The notes under the pieces: generated by a model | What the model saw: only the letters and a program-made list of their open reading frames with translations | What the model was told of the DNA's origin: nothing | The model's database searches: none | Program-made: the position numbers and the translations under genes | In this document: one piece after another, positions 45,127-54,881 of the stretch | Layout of the letters: each line of letters starts with the position of its first letter | Numbering within the stretch: position 1 is the first letter of the stretch | NCBI GenBank assembly: GCA_021816725.1 | Contig: JAKAXD010000001.1 | Coordinates: 437,209 to 501,208 of the forward strand | DNA: 64,000 nucleotides | Source: Thermoplasmata archaeon | GTDB lineage: Archaea > Thermoplasmatota > Thermoplasmata > Thermoplasmatales > GCA-001856825 | Reading direction: 5' to 3'

Positions 45127-47466
45127 CTAAAGGACGTAGCTAATCTTTCCATCACTTACGAAATAGTTATTGGGTACGGGTCTGTCCTCGTAGATCTTTA
45201 TGCCCTGATCTGAAATAGTGATCCTAGAACCCATTGAATATATCCTGAATTCCTTGATCCTGTCTCCCTTTTCCTTCAGGAATTGCTTGATTGCCTTTTC
45301 ATTGTCATCGTCTCGCTGAAGATTGATCACCCTCCCTTCCAGCCTCCTTATACCCGCAGGATTCTGTTCGAGCCTCTTTCGCTCTATAGGGTCTGTTACA
45401 GCTACCTTGGAAGGGTTTATCGACATTCGTTCTATGGCTTCGTTTCGCTCCTTTGTTCCGCTTTCCCTCCACAGCCCCAGAGTCCTCTGAAAGAGGCTCA
45501 CCAAATCGTCTGCTTTCCTTGCAGCCTTTTCATCTTTCAGTTCCTTCTCAGAGAGTATAACGTGCAGTTCACTCTTGGCCCTCGTAAACGCAACATACAA
45601 TATCCTTGATTCCTCATTTAAGGAGAAATTGTGTTTCTCGCTCTTCCCAATGATCTTCCTGCTTGGTGAATTTATGAAATCCTTGTCCCTTTTAGCCACT
45701 ATTCCCGAGTACTCGTCCGAATAGTATTTCTCCCTGTCCAGCCCAGGCCTCAAGTCATAAATTATCACCGTATTGAACTCCAGTCCTTTCGACTGATGAA
45801 TAGTCATTATTTTTACGCGCGACAGGTCCTCAAGCAGATCTTCAACTGGCCCGCTTTCCTTACTTTCACCAGCGTTCTGCAGCCACTCTGAGACTAGGTA
45901 GGGATCGCCCCCGTACTCCGTGATGTGGGAGGATACCAATTCCATGATCCTGCTAAGCCTGCTCGTTCGTTCCACACCTTCTGGTGAACCGAGTAATGCG
46001 GATATGTACCCCTCATTTAGCAATATCTTGTTCAGGATGAAATCTAGCCTTTCGTGCTTCAGTTCCTCTCTGTACTTTCCAAGTTTACCTTCCAGAATCT
46101 CCCCAAGGCTATCCTTGGAAATGGCGACTTCAGAAGCATTCATTTGAAACAAAGGGGAGAACAGGAGGGATACCTGAGCAACCTGATCACCTGGATCAGC
46201 AAGGTAACGAATGAGCGACCTGATATCTAGTCCCTCCTGCGACTTCAGGATTGATTCGCCTGATACCAGGACACAATCTATGCCTTGCTTATTCAGGTAC
46301 CTTTTCAGGTTGAAGAAATCTGTTGAAGTCCTGCTAAGGACCGCAATCCTTCCAGGCAACTCCCCTTCCCTGACTTTTTTCTTTATTATTTCGGCAACTG
46401 CTTGAATCTTATCTTCTTCAATATAACAGAATGCGCCTCCATCGTGATCGGAGACGCCATCCATCTCCTCATACTCCATTATGTGCGGAAAGAAACGGTT
46501 GAAAAATGCGATCAGGTTCCTTCCGCTCCTCCTATTGACCTTCAAATATATCTGGTTGGAAATCCGATCAGAGAATCTTCTTTGTGCACCGGGATGAGCC
46601 CCCCTGAACGAGTAGATGCTTTGGTTGAGGTCACCTACTACGAAAAATGAAGCCCCGTGCTCCAGGAATTTCTCAAAGATTGCAATCTGTAGCTCGTCAG
46701 TGTCCTGGAATTCGTCCACAAGAATGTACCTGAACTTTCCTGCTATCTCCTCACCCTTTGAATCCATTATCCTAAGGGTGTACAGGAGTAGGTCGTCGAA
46801 ATCCATCAGCCTTGACCTCTGTTTGACATTCTGGTATTCAATTACAAAGAAGGACAGCAGGGACAGTAGGTCCGGAAGCATTGATATCCGCAATCTCGAT
46901 GATACCTCCTTCATCACCTGATCGTCATAAGCTTCTTTTGAATAATTTGTGAAGAAAGAGTTGTTGGTAAATATCATGTAATCCAGATATCCTTTTGAAG
47001 TCTCCATTATTCCAGAGCTGTCCTTTATGACCTGCTCTATGTCTGTCCCGAACTCCTCAAGGATCCTGTTCAAGATCAACCCTTCTTCTGTTATTTTCCT
47101 CTCATTTCTTGTCCTTATGATAAAATTCCTTACACTCTTCTCCAATAGATTGTATGATTCTAAGTCATCCATGACACGGAAATACCAGGGTATCCCTATT
47201 TCCATCCCATATTTCCTTACTATCTTTGAACAGAAACTGTGTATTGTTCCTACGTTCGAAGTGGGCAGTTGCCTTATCAGGTCAATTTGCCCGTCCTTGA
47301 GGGCCTTCTTCTTCAACCTCTCTATGAGCTCTTCTGATGCTCTCTCCGTGAACGTGATAGCTACGACGTTTTCTGGGCCTTGTTCCTGCATTAGCTCATA
47401 ACATTTGTTTATTAGTGTTTCAGTCTTGCCGGATCCAGGAACTGCAGTTACGAAATCTCCGCTCAC
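45127..47466 (-). CDS. UvrD/PcrA-type SF1A DNA helicase (AddA-like, no nuclease domain)
   Basis: Motifs: I AVPGSGKT, Ia ITFTERASEEL, Ib GTIHSFC, II ILVDEFQDT, III VGDLNQSIYSFRGA, IV VNRRS, V IHQSKGLEF, VI YVAFTRAKSEL. 779 aa. Starts 1 nt after the upstream gene's stop. Confidence 0.88.
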   Translation of the reverse strand: MSGDFVTAVPGSGKTETLINKCYELMQEQGPENVVAITFTERASEELIERLKKKALKDGQIDLIRQLPTSNVGTIHSFCSKIVRKYGMEIGIPWYFRVMDDLESYNLLEKSVRNFIIRTRNERKITEEGLILNRILEEFGTDIEQVIKDSSGIMETSKGYLDYMIFTNNSFFTNYSKEAYDDQVMKEVSSRLRISMLPDLLSLLSFFVIEYQNVKQRSRLMDFDDLLLYTLRIMDSKGEEIAGKFRYILVDEFQDTDELQIAIFEKFLEHGASFFVVGDLNQSIYSFRGAHPGAQRRFSDRISNQIYLKVNRRSGRNLIAFFNRFFPHIMEYEEMDGVSDHDGGAFCYIEEDKIQAVAEIIKKKVREGELPGRIAVLSRTSTDFFNLKRYLNKQGIDCVLVSGESILKSQEGLDIRSLIRYLADPGDQVAQVSLLFSPLFQMNASEVAISKDSLGEILEGKLGKYREELKHERLDFILNKILLNEGYISALLGSPEGVERTSRLSRIMELVSSHITEYGGDPYLVSEWLQNAGESKESGPVEDLLEDLSRVKIMTIHQSKGLEFNTVIIYDLRPGLDREKYYSDEYSGIVAKRDKDFINSPSRKIIGKSEKHNFSLNEESRILYVAFTRAKSELHVILSEKELKDEKAARKADDLVSLFQRTLGLWRESGTKERNEAIERMSINPSKVAVTDPIERKRLEQNPAGIRRLEGRVINLQRDDDNEKAIKQFLKEKGDRIKEFRIYSMGSRITISDQGIKIYEDRPVPNNYFVSDGKISYVL

Positions 47467-47467
47467 C

Positions 47468-49843
47468 TTACCACCTCCTTTCCTGGACTCTGCAGACGCT
47501 CAGAAGAGGGCAGAAAAGTTCATTTTCACATTTCCAGAGACTATCCCCCTCCTTCACAACTGGATCAACATCCCCGCTCAGGAAACTCTCCAACACGGGG
47601 TCCACAATCTCCCTGCACTTCCTGAGCTGGGCTTCCTCGTTTGGTATCGCATTGAAGAAGCCTGCGGTATTGAACCCTTCATTTATGTCCCTGAACGAAA
47701 CGTATGCTGCAGCCCTGACCTTCTTTCTCAATATACTCTCAACGCCGAGTTTATAGAAGAAGAGCTGAACCTTCCCGTGCCTTTCATCACATAGATCATT
47801 CTTTGGATATCCGTAGAGCGAACTCTTGTAGTCTATTATGCAAAGTGCGTCCCCCTCTTCGTCAACCCTGTCAACATACCCCCCTATCCTTATCTTGTTC
47901 CCCCCTACTTCATAGAAGACCTGCTGGTCACTGGTTGGAAAATGGAACTCCTTCTGTATAGTCTTCCTTCCGAGTTCAAGTGCATGATTTACATCCATGA
48001 TGAAAAATTTAGCCAGTTTGCCATTAGCTATGTATTTGTCCCTGTAAAACTTCAGTGCCTCGATCCTTGACTCAAATTTCTCCCTGCTGATTTCTCCCTT
48101 CACGTACGAATCTGCAAGTTTCCCGAAATCCGCAGGCGAAATATCGGTTGAATAAAACCTTTCAAGTATCCTGTGGGTCATTGACCCTGTTGTTCTAGGG
48201 TCCAGGAATTCCCTAGGTGGGTCAACCTCGTCCACTCCCAGAAGTCCATTCACGAATCCCTTGAAATGGCAGCCTGCATAATTTTCGACGAATGTGGGAT
48301 AAATTGGTTTCTGGAGTCTGGCATCTATGATAGATTTCTCAAGGGCATACTTGTTCTTCAGCATAACCCCTGAACCAAACTCCCAATCAGTGACAGGATC
48401 CTCAGGTATGAATACCGAGTCCCTCTGCACGTATTCCTCCTGAACCTGGATTTCGTCATAGAAAGGTATGGACTCTGTATATGACAGCTTTTCATCTGTT
48501 GACGAATAGGTCATAGTGACTGACTCCGATTGATCCAATAATGCCCTATATGCGCTCTCGACCATCTTTTCATATGCATCCTCCAGTCCCAGTTTCGAGA
48601 TGAAGTCGCGAGATTCCTCTGAAAAGGAACGGAGTGATGAAGCAGCGTCAAGGCCGGCAAGGTAGAGATTGTCTATCTCTAATCCAAGAAAATCCAAGGG
48701 CCTCCCTATCAGAACTTCTGTTCCTCCAACTATGCTCACCCGTGGGAGATATTTCATAGATTCGAGATCATTAATTATCCCCCTGGTATCATTCGCATAG
48801 TCATCAAAAGAGGAGGCAAGAACATTAAGAATCTTGTTCGGATAATTTCTTTCCCCTAGGTATTTGTCGCATAACACGATCAATGCCCTAATGCCGCCCT
48901 CTTGGTCAATTTCCCTTGATAGAGCGTCCAGGTCCCCAAGGATTCCGCTACTTATCCTGAGTTCTTCGAATAGCGTCTTCCAGTCGTTGATTCCCTTCGT
49001 AATGTTCTTCTCATAACACTGTTTCTTGATGCTATACATCTTGCCTTTGTCTATGCCGGAGAAGGGGTTCAGGAAGAGTGGGATCATTGTTTCAAAGGAG
49101 AAGTCATCGTCGATAGCCCTAAGCAGGGAAATGACAAAATTATACGGAGAATCGTTGAGGATGATTTCTGGAACTGGGGAGGCCACAGTTGGACTTACAC
49201 CGTACATTTCAAGCTCCTTAGCCACATTAACGGCGAACAGATCATCCGGAACAATTATGACTTTCAGGCCCTCCCTTCTTAGTATGTCCCTGACAACCCA
49301 TCTTGTCTCTGAATAGTAATCTGGAAATCTCTTCTTGGATATTTTCGGTTTTTTCTTCTTCACCTCGTAGCGATTAGTGAATATCTTGTGGTATGGTGCA
49401 AGGAATGGAGGTATGTGACTCACATAATTGGCAGAAAGGTTATGATTAAGAGGGAATAGAGTGATGAACTCACAGAAATCCTCTGCCTCGCTCTTCCCCA
49501 TTTCCGAAATGAGTTTATAATAACTAAGGGTAATCTCGCTGTACCTCTCGATCTTCTTCTCCGAGCTGTCCCCGGCAACAAGTTTGTGTACCTTAGAAGT
49601 CTCCCCCAGAATCTTCAGGAAATTCTGGATTGACTTCATAGTAAGAAGGTCATCTACAGAGGCACCAGACTTGAGGAGTGCGACCAGGCTCTCTTCCTCA
49701 GTGATTACGTTTACCTTTACTGATGAAGATATCTCCTTTATCAGCTCTTTGACCCCTTGGGCTTCTAGGCCGGTAATTGCAGAAAAAGCACTTGCAGCTC
49801 CGCTGGAATAGAAGATATGCCTCTTGCTTGCTCCATCAGCCAC
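47468..49843 (-). CDS. AddB-like protein: degenerate helicase-like N-region plus C-terminal PD-(D/E)XK (RecB-family) nuclease with four-Cys cluster
   Basis: 791 aa. There is no intact Walker A (FYSSGAASAFSAITG). C-terminal nuclease motifs are GCHFKGF (Cys1), GSMTHRILE, GGYVDRVDE, IIDYKSS and QLFFYKLG. The terminal CENELFCPLLSVC supplies three further Cys. Confidence 0.7.
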   Translation of the reverse strand: MADGASKRHIFYSSGAASAFSAITGLEAQGVKELIKEISSSVKVNVITEEESLVALLKSGASVDDLLTMKSIQNFLKILGETSKVHKLVAGDSSEKKIERYSEITLSYYKLISEMGKSEAEDFCEFITLFPLNHNLSANYVSHIPPFLAPYHKIFTNRYEVKKKKPKISKKRFPDYYSETRWVVRDILRREGLKVIIVPDDLFAVNVAKELEMYGVSPTVASPVPEIILNDSPYNFVISLLRAIDDDFSFETMIPLFLNPFSGIDKGKMYSIKKQCYEKNITKGINDWKTLFEELRISSGILGDLDALSREIDQEGGIRALIVLCDKYLGERNYPNKILNVLASSFDDYANDTRGIINDLESMKYLPRVSIVGGTEVLIGRPLDFLGLEIDNLYLAGLDAASSLRSFSEESRDFISKLGLEDAYEKMVESAYRALLDQSESVTMTYSSTDEKLSYTESIPFYDEIQVQEEYVQRDSVFIPEDPVTDWEFGSGVMLKNKYALEKSIIDARLQKPIYPTFVENYAGCHFKGFVNGLLGVDEVDPPREFLDPRTTGSMTHRILERFYSTDISPADFGKLADSYVKGEISREKFESRIEALKFYRDKYIANGKLAKFFIMDVNHALELGRKTIQKEFHFPTSDQQVFYEVGGNKIRIGGYVDRVDEEGDALCIIDYKSSLYGYPKNDLCDERHGKVQLFFYKLGVESILRKKVRAAAYVSFRDINEGFNTAGFFNAIPNEEAQLRKCREIVDPVLESFLSGDVDPVVKEGDSLWKCENELFCPLLSVCRVQERRW

Positions 49844-49996
49844 GAATGCCTAAGGTAACTTACAATAAATTATTTGCCGGTATATATGCACAAAATTAAC
49901 TTCGACACCCCCTGCTATTTTTCATGAAGTAGTTGGAATAAGGCTTTTCAGCATTCGTAGGAGAATCAAATTCGTTGCGTACATAGAAATATTTAA

Positions 49997-50317
49997 ATGT
50001 TACGTATTGATTCAAAGTTACAGATGGAGGTAAATCGAACCCCTACGACAGCAAATGGAATTGAGACGAAGAGGAAGTTGAGAAAACTCAACATGAGGAA
50101 AAACGAGGAGTTCAGGTTTCTTTTGGGAAAGTGTTTGAAGGATCTCCCTGAGAGTGTCAGGGGGGGCGTAATAGGCTCTGTTTATGCAAAGGCAGCCAAG
50201 AACGGAGTCCTAGAAGCTCGAGATTATGTTTTGGTAAAGAAGAATGAAGGGATAATCGATGAGAGCACAAGCAAGCGACTCATAGACCTGATCTACGATT
50301 ACAGCACGTACCGTTAA
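49997..50317 (+). CDS. small hypothetical basic protein
   Basis: 106-aa ORF divergent from the AddB-like gene. The true start may be the internal MRKNEEF (about 74 aa). No recognisable family. Confidence 0.4.
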   Translation: MLRIDSKLQMEVNRTPTTANGIETKRKLRKLNMRKNEEFRFLLGKCLKDLPESVRGGVIGSVYAKAAKNGVLEARDYVLVKKNEGIIDESTSKRLIDLIYDYSTYR

Positions 50318-50598
50318 GAATACTGCGTAAATCTCTTGTAATCGCCGGTTGCATTCAGTATTCCGAGCCTTACACCGGCATCAAGCCAGGCGTATGCATA
50401 AGAGCTGGCAGCAAGCGAGTTCTCAAAATCTCCCTTTTCGTAGAAGTAGCTTGCGTCGTTCAGGTAGTTGTTGCACATATCAATGAAGTCGCTGGCAGCC
50501 TTGCTCAGGAAGCTCTCCTTTGAAGGGGATATTTTCACGAATTCTAGGGCCTCCTTTGTCATTTCCATATATCTCTTGCACCGCTCCTGTATGGTCAT
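50314..50598 (-). CDS. DUF357-like small alpha-helical protein
   Basis: 94 aa. YLNDASYFYEKGDFENSLAASSYAYAWLDAGVRLGIL resembles the archaeal DUF357 signature as I remember it. ATGA overlap with the HerA-like stop. Confidence 0.5.
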   Translation of the reverse strand: MTIQERCKRYMEMTKEALEFVKISPSKESFLSKAASDFIDMCNNYLNDASYFYEKGDFENSLAASSYAYAWLDAGVRLGILNATGDYKRFTQYS

Positions 50599-52046
50599 CT
50601 TACAACCCTCACGTTCTTCCCGCCATCATCAGTTTCCCTAGGCCTTACTTCTATGAAAAGAGGAATTGGAAGCTCTGGCGAAGCAACCAAGGAAGTTCCA
50701 ACTGGAAGCCGCTGGATTTCATCAAGTGAAGAGTTCGTAAGACCTTCTACTGAGTTTCCTATTGCCTTAAGGTCGTTAGGATTGGTAACCTTCAGTATCA
50801 GTTGCGTGCCGCATTGGGACAGTACGTTCTTATCCACTTTCGCAGGCCTCTGTGATACCACCAGCAACCCAAAACCGAACTTCCTGCCTTCGGAAGCAAC
50901 TGTTCTCATGATCTTTGACGAGAATGCCTTTCCCTGCTGGGGTGCAAAATTGTGTGCCTCTTCCACAACAACTAGGAGCGGAGGTATTCGTTCCTTCTTC
51001 CTCGCCTCGAATAAAGCGTAAAGGAGCCTCTGCACTATCAGTTCCTGCATGTCAGGCGGAAGACCTTTCATTTCAATTATCGATACCTTCCCCTTTGACA
51101 CGAGTTCGTCCACCCTGAGCCCCCTCTTTCCAAGGACGTTCAACGATTTGAGGTACATCAGCTCCTTCTCGAGAGTCTGGGATAGGGACGAATCGTCCTG
51201 CCTCTTAAGTTCCTTTATGACATCATCGAAATCATAATCCCTGCTTGACAACCTTATTGCATCAATCGCCTTCCTCAGTGGCAGGACATATGATTTGGGA
51301 TCAGAAAGATTCATTATGCTGACGAGCTCCTTGACGTTTATCTGAGACAGGGTGAACGTGAGTTTTTCGTCGCCATGGTCTGGAGAATAAGTTACTATCC
51401 TGCTACCGTACGAAGCAGGATGGATCGAGAATCTTTTCATTTCCTCTGAATCCGACGCCTTGTTCTTCATAGACCCGTATTCCCCATGAGGGTCTATGAC
51501 AACTACGGTAACGTCATTCTTAATGAGCTCCTCTATTATGACGCCTGTAAGATAACTCTTACCCCCTCCAGTCTTGGCCATTACAGAGATGTGCTTCTGT
51601 ACCATGGAATTTATGTCTATGGAGAATGGAATGCTGTGGCCGTAAATCAGTCCGATGTAAGCACGGCCCTTCTTCCCTACTCCAACGTTAAGAGTCGATG
51701 ATATGAAATCATCGTCAGCTAAGTATACTGGAGTTCCTGCCAGAAAAGGCGTCCTGGGATACTGGAGAATTCCTTTGTGATCCAGATAACCTATCACAAC
51801 TATCTGTGCAGATATGGTCTGCTGTATCTCCACATTGTTTCCCTCCATTATCTGGTATGACTTCTCTATGGACAAATTCGTCTTTGCCTCAATTGCGTCC
51901 ACCTTACCGAGCACCCATCCATCCTCGTGATGCTTGAGTTTTACGTAGTCCCCCTGACGGAGCTTTCCTGAGACGGAACAGTTGACGAGTGTAGGATGAA
52001 TGTCCCCATAGAGAATTCCAACTGCATCCATTCTTATCTCTTCCAT
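50595..52046 (-). CDS. HerA-family (DUF87) ATPase with N-terminal HAS-barrel
   Basis: N-terminal barrel (GDYVKLKHHEDGWVLGKV), Walker A AKTGGGKSY, Walker B LLVVVEEAHNF, and SEGRKFGFGLLVVSQRP..QCGTQLILKV. Confidence 0.85.
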   Translation of the reverse strand: MEEIRMDAVGILYGDIHPTLVNCSVSGKLRQGDYVKLKHHEDGWVLGKVDAIEAKTNLSIEKSYQIMEGNNVEIQQTISAQIVVIGYLDHKGILQYPRTPFLAGTPVYLADDDFISSTLNVGVGKKGRAYIGLIYGHSIPFSIDINSMVQKHISVMAKTGGGKSYLTGVIIEELIKNDVTVVVIDPHGEYGSMKNKASDSEEMKRFSIHPASYGSRIVTYSPDHGDEKLTFTLSQINVKELVSIMNLSDPKSYVLPLRKAIDAIRLSSRDYDFDDVIKELKRQDDSSLSQTLEKELMYLKSLNVLGKRGLRVDELVSKGKVSIIEMKGLPPDMQELIVQRLLYALFEARKKERIPPLLVVVEEAHNFAPQQGKAFSSKIMRTVASEGRKFGFGLLVVSQRPAKVDKNVLSQCGTQLILKVTNPNDLKAIGNSVEGLTNSSLDEIQRLPVGTSLVASPELPIPLFIEVRPRETDDGGKNVRVVR

Positions 52047-53026
52047 TCTGAGATCATCTTAGCTATTACCTTCGCTCCTTTTTCAGTCCTCTCAGCGTCT
52101 TCCGCCCCAATGCCGACCCTGACAAGCGAATCACTCCCGAAGTAATAACCAGGGACTGTTGACACTCCTTCAGACATAAGCGATAAGGAGAATTTCGTGG
52201 ACCCTCTCTCAACAGATATTGCGTTCACGATGCTCCCCTTGAATCCGATGATATATTCGTCAAGATTCTCGAATAATATCCTTGAGTTATCTTCAAGTTT
52301 CTTCCTGTTGTATTCCTTGTACACGTTTATGTTGCTAAGAAGGTAACTGCCTCTTCGCTTTACTGCGTTGGAGATTACCGGGACCATGAGGCCCATGAGC
52401 TCCCTCATATCATCTATGATCTGTCTTCCAGCTACTATCCATCCCATCTTTATCCCGGATTCCCCAAAGAATTTTGAAACAGACCCCAGGATTATCGTAT
52501 TCCCCGTTTCCATCTTCCTCGGGAATGATCCGTTGAAGAACGAGAACGTATCGTCTATTACGAGGTAAGACTCGTTTCCCTCTGTTTCACGTGCAATTGA
52601 TTTTATGCTCTCCTCACTCCATGCCAGTCCAGTTGGATTATTTGGGTTGCTGATGAAATATGCTGTCTTCTCTTCCACGTCCCACGGTGATAGGTCCAGC
52701 CCGTCTGCAGATATCCTGTTGTCCATAGACGATTTGATTCCAATCTCGTTTGCCTGATAATGAAAGGCTGGATATTCTGGGGTGATTGTTACCATAGACG
52801 AAATCTTATTCCTCAGGTGATATAGCGTGAAGAACGAGCCGAATGTGTTGGAAGGTGTGACGATCACCTGTTCCTTCTGCACACCATAAAGCTTCGCAAT
52901 CTGTTCCTCAATGTCTGCCCCGCCGAGACCATCCGGGTTCATGCCCCTCATCGCACTTGATGCAAAGTTGATATTGTTTTCAGGGATCGAATCGACGTAT
53001 CTGAAGATTGAAACGTCCATAGGCAT
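52034..53026 (-). CDS. class I/II pyridoxal-phosphate-dependent aminotransferase
   Basis: NPNNPTG and the PLP-lysine block SVSKFFGESGIKMGW. 330 aa. Confidence 0.8.
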   Translation of the reverse strand: MPMDVSIFRYVDSIPENNINFASSAMRGMNPDGLGGADIEEQIAKLYGVQKEQVIVTPSNTFGSFFTLYHLRNKISSMVTITPEYPAFHYQANEIGIKSSMDNRISADGLDLSPWDVEEKTAYFISNPNNPTGLAWSEESIKSIARETEGNESYLVIDDTFSFFNGSFPRKMETGNTIILGSVSKFFGESGIKMGWIVAGRQIIDDMRELMGLMVPVISNAVKRRGSYLLSNINVYKEYNRKKLEDNSRILFENLDEYIIGFKGSIVNAISVERGSTKFSLSLMSEGVSTVPGYYFGSDSLVRVGIGAEDAERTEKGAKVIAKMISEWKR

Positions 53027-53091
53027 GGACGTACAATTATTTCACAAATAAACAATCTTCCATGATTTTATTAATTCAGACAGGATTGCAA

Positions 53092-53835
53092 ATGGTGATT
53101 GTTTTAAAACTCGGTGGAAGCATCATAACTGAAAAAGACAGCTACAGGAAGATCAACGAAGAGACTATAGTGAAATTGTGTGATATTCTCTCTAAAAGCA
53201 AGGAGAAAATGGTGCTGATCCACGGTGCGGGATCGTTTGGCCACATACTCGCACTCAGACATGGCCTTGAAAAGCCTGGGTCCTCTAGGGGGAGGGAGGG
53301 ACCGATCTCAAGGGTTATGAGTGATGTTCTCACCCTCGATTCCGCAATCATAGATAAGCTCAACGAGAAGGGTGTTAGGGCAGTGGCAGTACCACCGCAC
53401 GCAGTCTACCACGGGAGTAGGCCTGATTTCAAGATAGTTGAGACACTCGTAGACTACGGGTTCATCCCTGTGCTTTACGGAGACATAATCATCCATAAGG
53501 GAAAATACAGGATAATATCAGGGGACGAGATAGCTCTGGATTTATCAAGGAGGTTAAGGCCAAGGTCAGTTGTCTTTGTTACTGACGTCGACGGACTTTA
53601 CGATTCCGACCCAAAGATCAACAAGAGGGCTAAATTTATCCCAAAGATCATGGCAAGCGAGATTGAGGTGATAGACACTAAAAGAGATGCTACCGGTTCC
53701 ATGGCAGGGAAGATGGAAAGAATTAAGAAAATAGTACTCTATACAGGCAGAGTGATAATAATAAACGGAAAGAGACCTAACAGGATTAGGGATTTCCTGG
53801 AGGGAAGGGAGACGAGGTCCACGGTGATCATATGA
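53092..53835 (+). CDS. isopentenyl phosphate kinase
   Basis: VLKLGGSIITEK, HGAGSFGH, SGDEI, and VTDVDGLYD (amino-acid-kinase fold, IPK-type). The ORF extends to 53062; the ATG at 53092 is preferred. Confidence 0.88.
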   Translation: MVIVLKLGGSIITEKDSYRKINEETIVKLCDILSKSKEKMVLIHGAGSFGHILALRHGLEKPGSSRGREGPISRVMSDVLTLDSAIIDKLNEKGVRAVAVPPHAVYHGSRPDFKIVETLVDYGFIPVLYGDIIIHKGKYRIISGDEIALDLSRRLRPRSVVFVTDVDGLYDSDPKINKRAKFIPKIMASEIEVIDTKRDATGSMAGKMERIKKIVLYTGRVIIINGKRPNRIRDFLEGRETRSTVII

Positions 53836-54881
53836 CTGTCGAGAAGAGAAAGCTGGAACACATTGAGATAATTAGCACCCAGGATGTCGCACACGATTAC
53901 AATTACTGGGACGATATCGACATAATACAGAAATCCATGCCTGAGGTAGATTACGACGAGATTGATACCTCGACAACCTTCCTCGGCAGGAAGCTGAAGC
54001 TTCCCATCTTGATATCTTCAATGACCGGTGGACACCCTGACACTAAGAAGATAAATGAGAACCTCGCAAGGGGGGCTGCAGAATCAGGGATAGCTATGGG
54101 GGTCGGTTCTGAGAGAGCGGCAATCCAAAACAGGGCGGTAGGAGACTCTTACTCCATCGTGGCTGAATATGACGTTCCATTCAGGATTGCAAATGTCGGT
54201 GCCCCTCAGCTCATAAGGCAGAAACGTGATGCGTTGACAGATTCAGACATTGATTATGCAGTTGGTCTGGTTAAAGCAAATGCTCTGGCTGTTCATTTCA
54301 ACTTTGTTCAGGAACTTTCTCAGCCAGAAGGCGACAGGAACTCCAAGGGAATAAAGAGGAGGGTGGGAGAGATATCGAAGAAATACAAGGTGATACCGAA
54401 GGAGACGGGGGCAGGCTTCTCCATGCAGGATGCTCTGGAATTCAAGCAGCTTGGTGTCGCTGCAATAGACGTGGGTGGTAGGTCCGGAACATCATTTGCA
54501 GCAGTTGAATCGGTAAGGAGCAGGAACAGGGAGGATTCAGTGAAGGAGCGAATTGGCAGAACTTTCTGGAACTGGGGGATTCCATCACCTATCAGCCTTG
54601 TACTTGCAAATGTTGAACTGCCGCTCATAGCATCAGGAGGAGTAAGAACGGGCCTGGACGTTTTCAGGGGTATCGCAATGGGAGCAACGCTGGGGGGATT
54701 GGCTTCAACATTCCTCAAGGCAGCCCTCCAGTCCGACAAGGAAGTATCAAAACTGATTTCACAGCTGGAAACTGAGCTGAAGAGCGCGATGCTTTTGACC
54801 GGTTGCTCGAAACTCAGCGATGTGAAGAAGGTCCAGAGAATTTACAGGGGTCGACTGATTGAATGGATGAATCAGATCTGA
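53832..54881 (+). CDS. fni: type 2 isopentenyl-diphosphate delta-isomerase (FMN-dependent)
   Basis: KRKLEHIE, ISSMTGG, ETGAG, IDVGGRSGTSF, and ASGGVRTGLD. ATGA overlap with IPK. Confidence 0.92.
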   Translation: MTVEKRKLEHIEIISTQDVAHDYNYWDDIDIIQKSMPEVDYDEIDTSTTFLGRKLKLPILISSMTGGHPDTKKINENLARGAAESGIAMGVGSERAAIQNRAVGDSYSIVAEYDVPFRIANVGAPQLIRQKRDALTDSDIDYAVGLVKANALAVHFNFVQELSQPEGDRNSKGIKRRVGEISKKYKVIPKETGAGFSMQDALEFKQLGVAAIDVGGRSGTSFAAVESVRSRNREDSVKERIGRTFWNWGIPSPISLVLANVELPLIASGGVRTGLDVFRGIAMGATLGGLASTFLKAALQSDKEVSKLISQLETELKSAMLLTGCSKLSDVKKVQRIYRGRLIEWMNQI

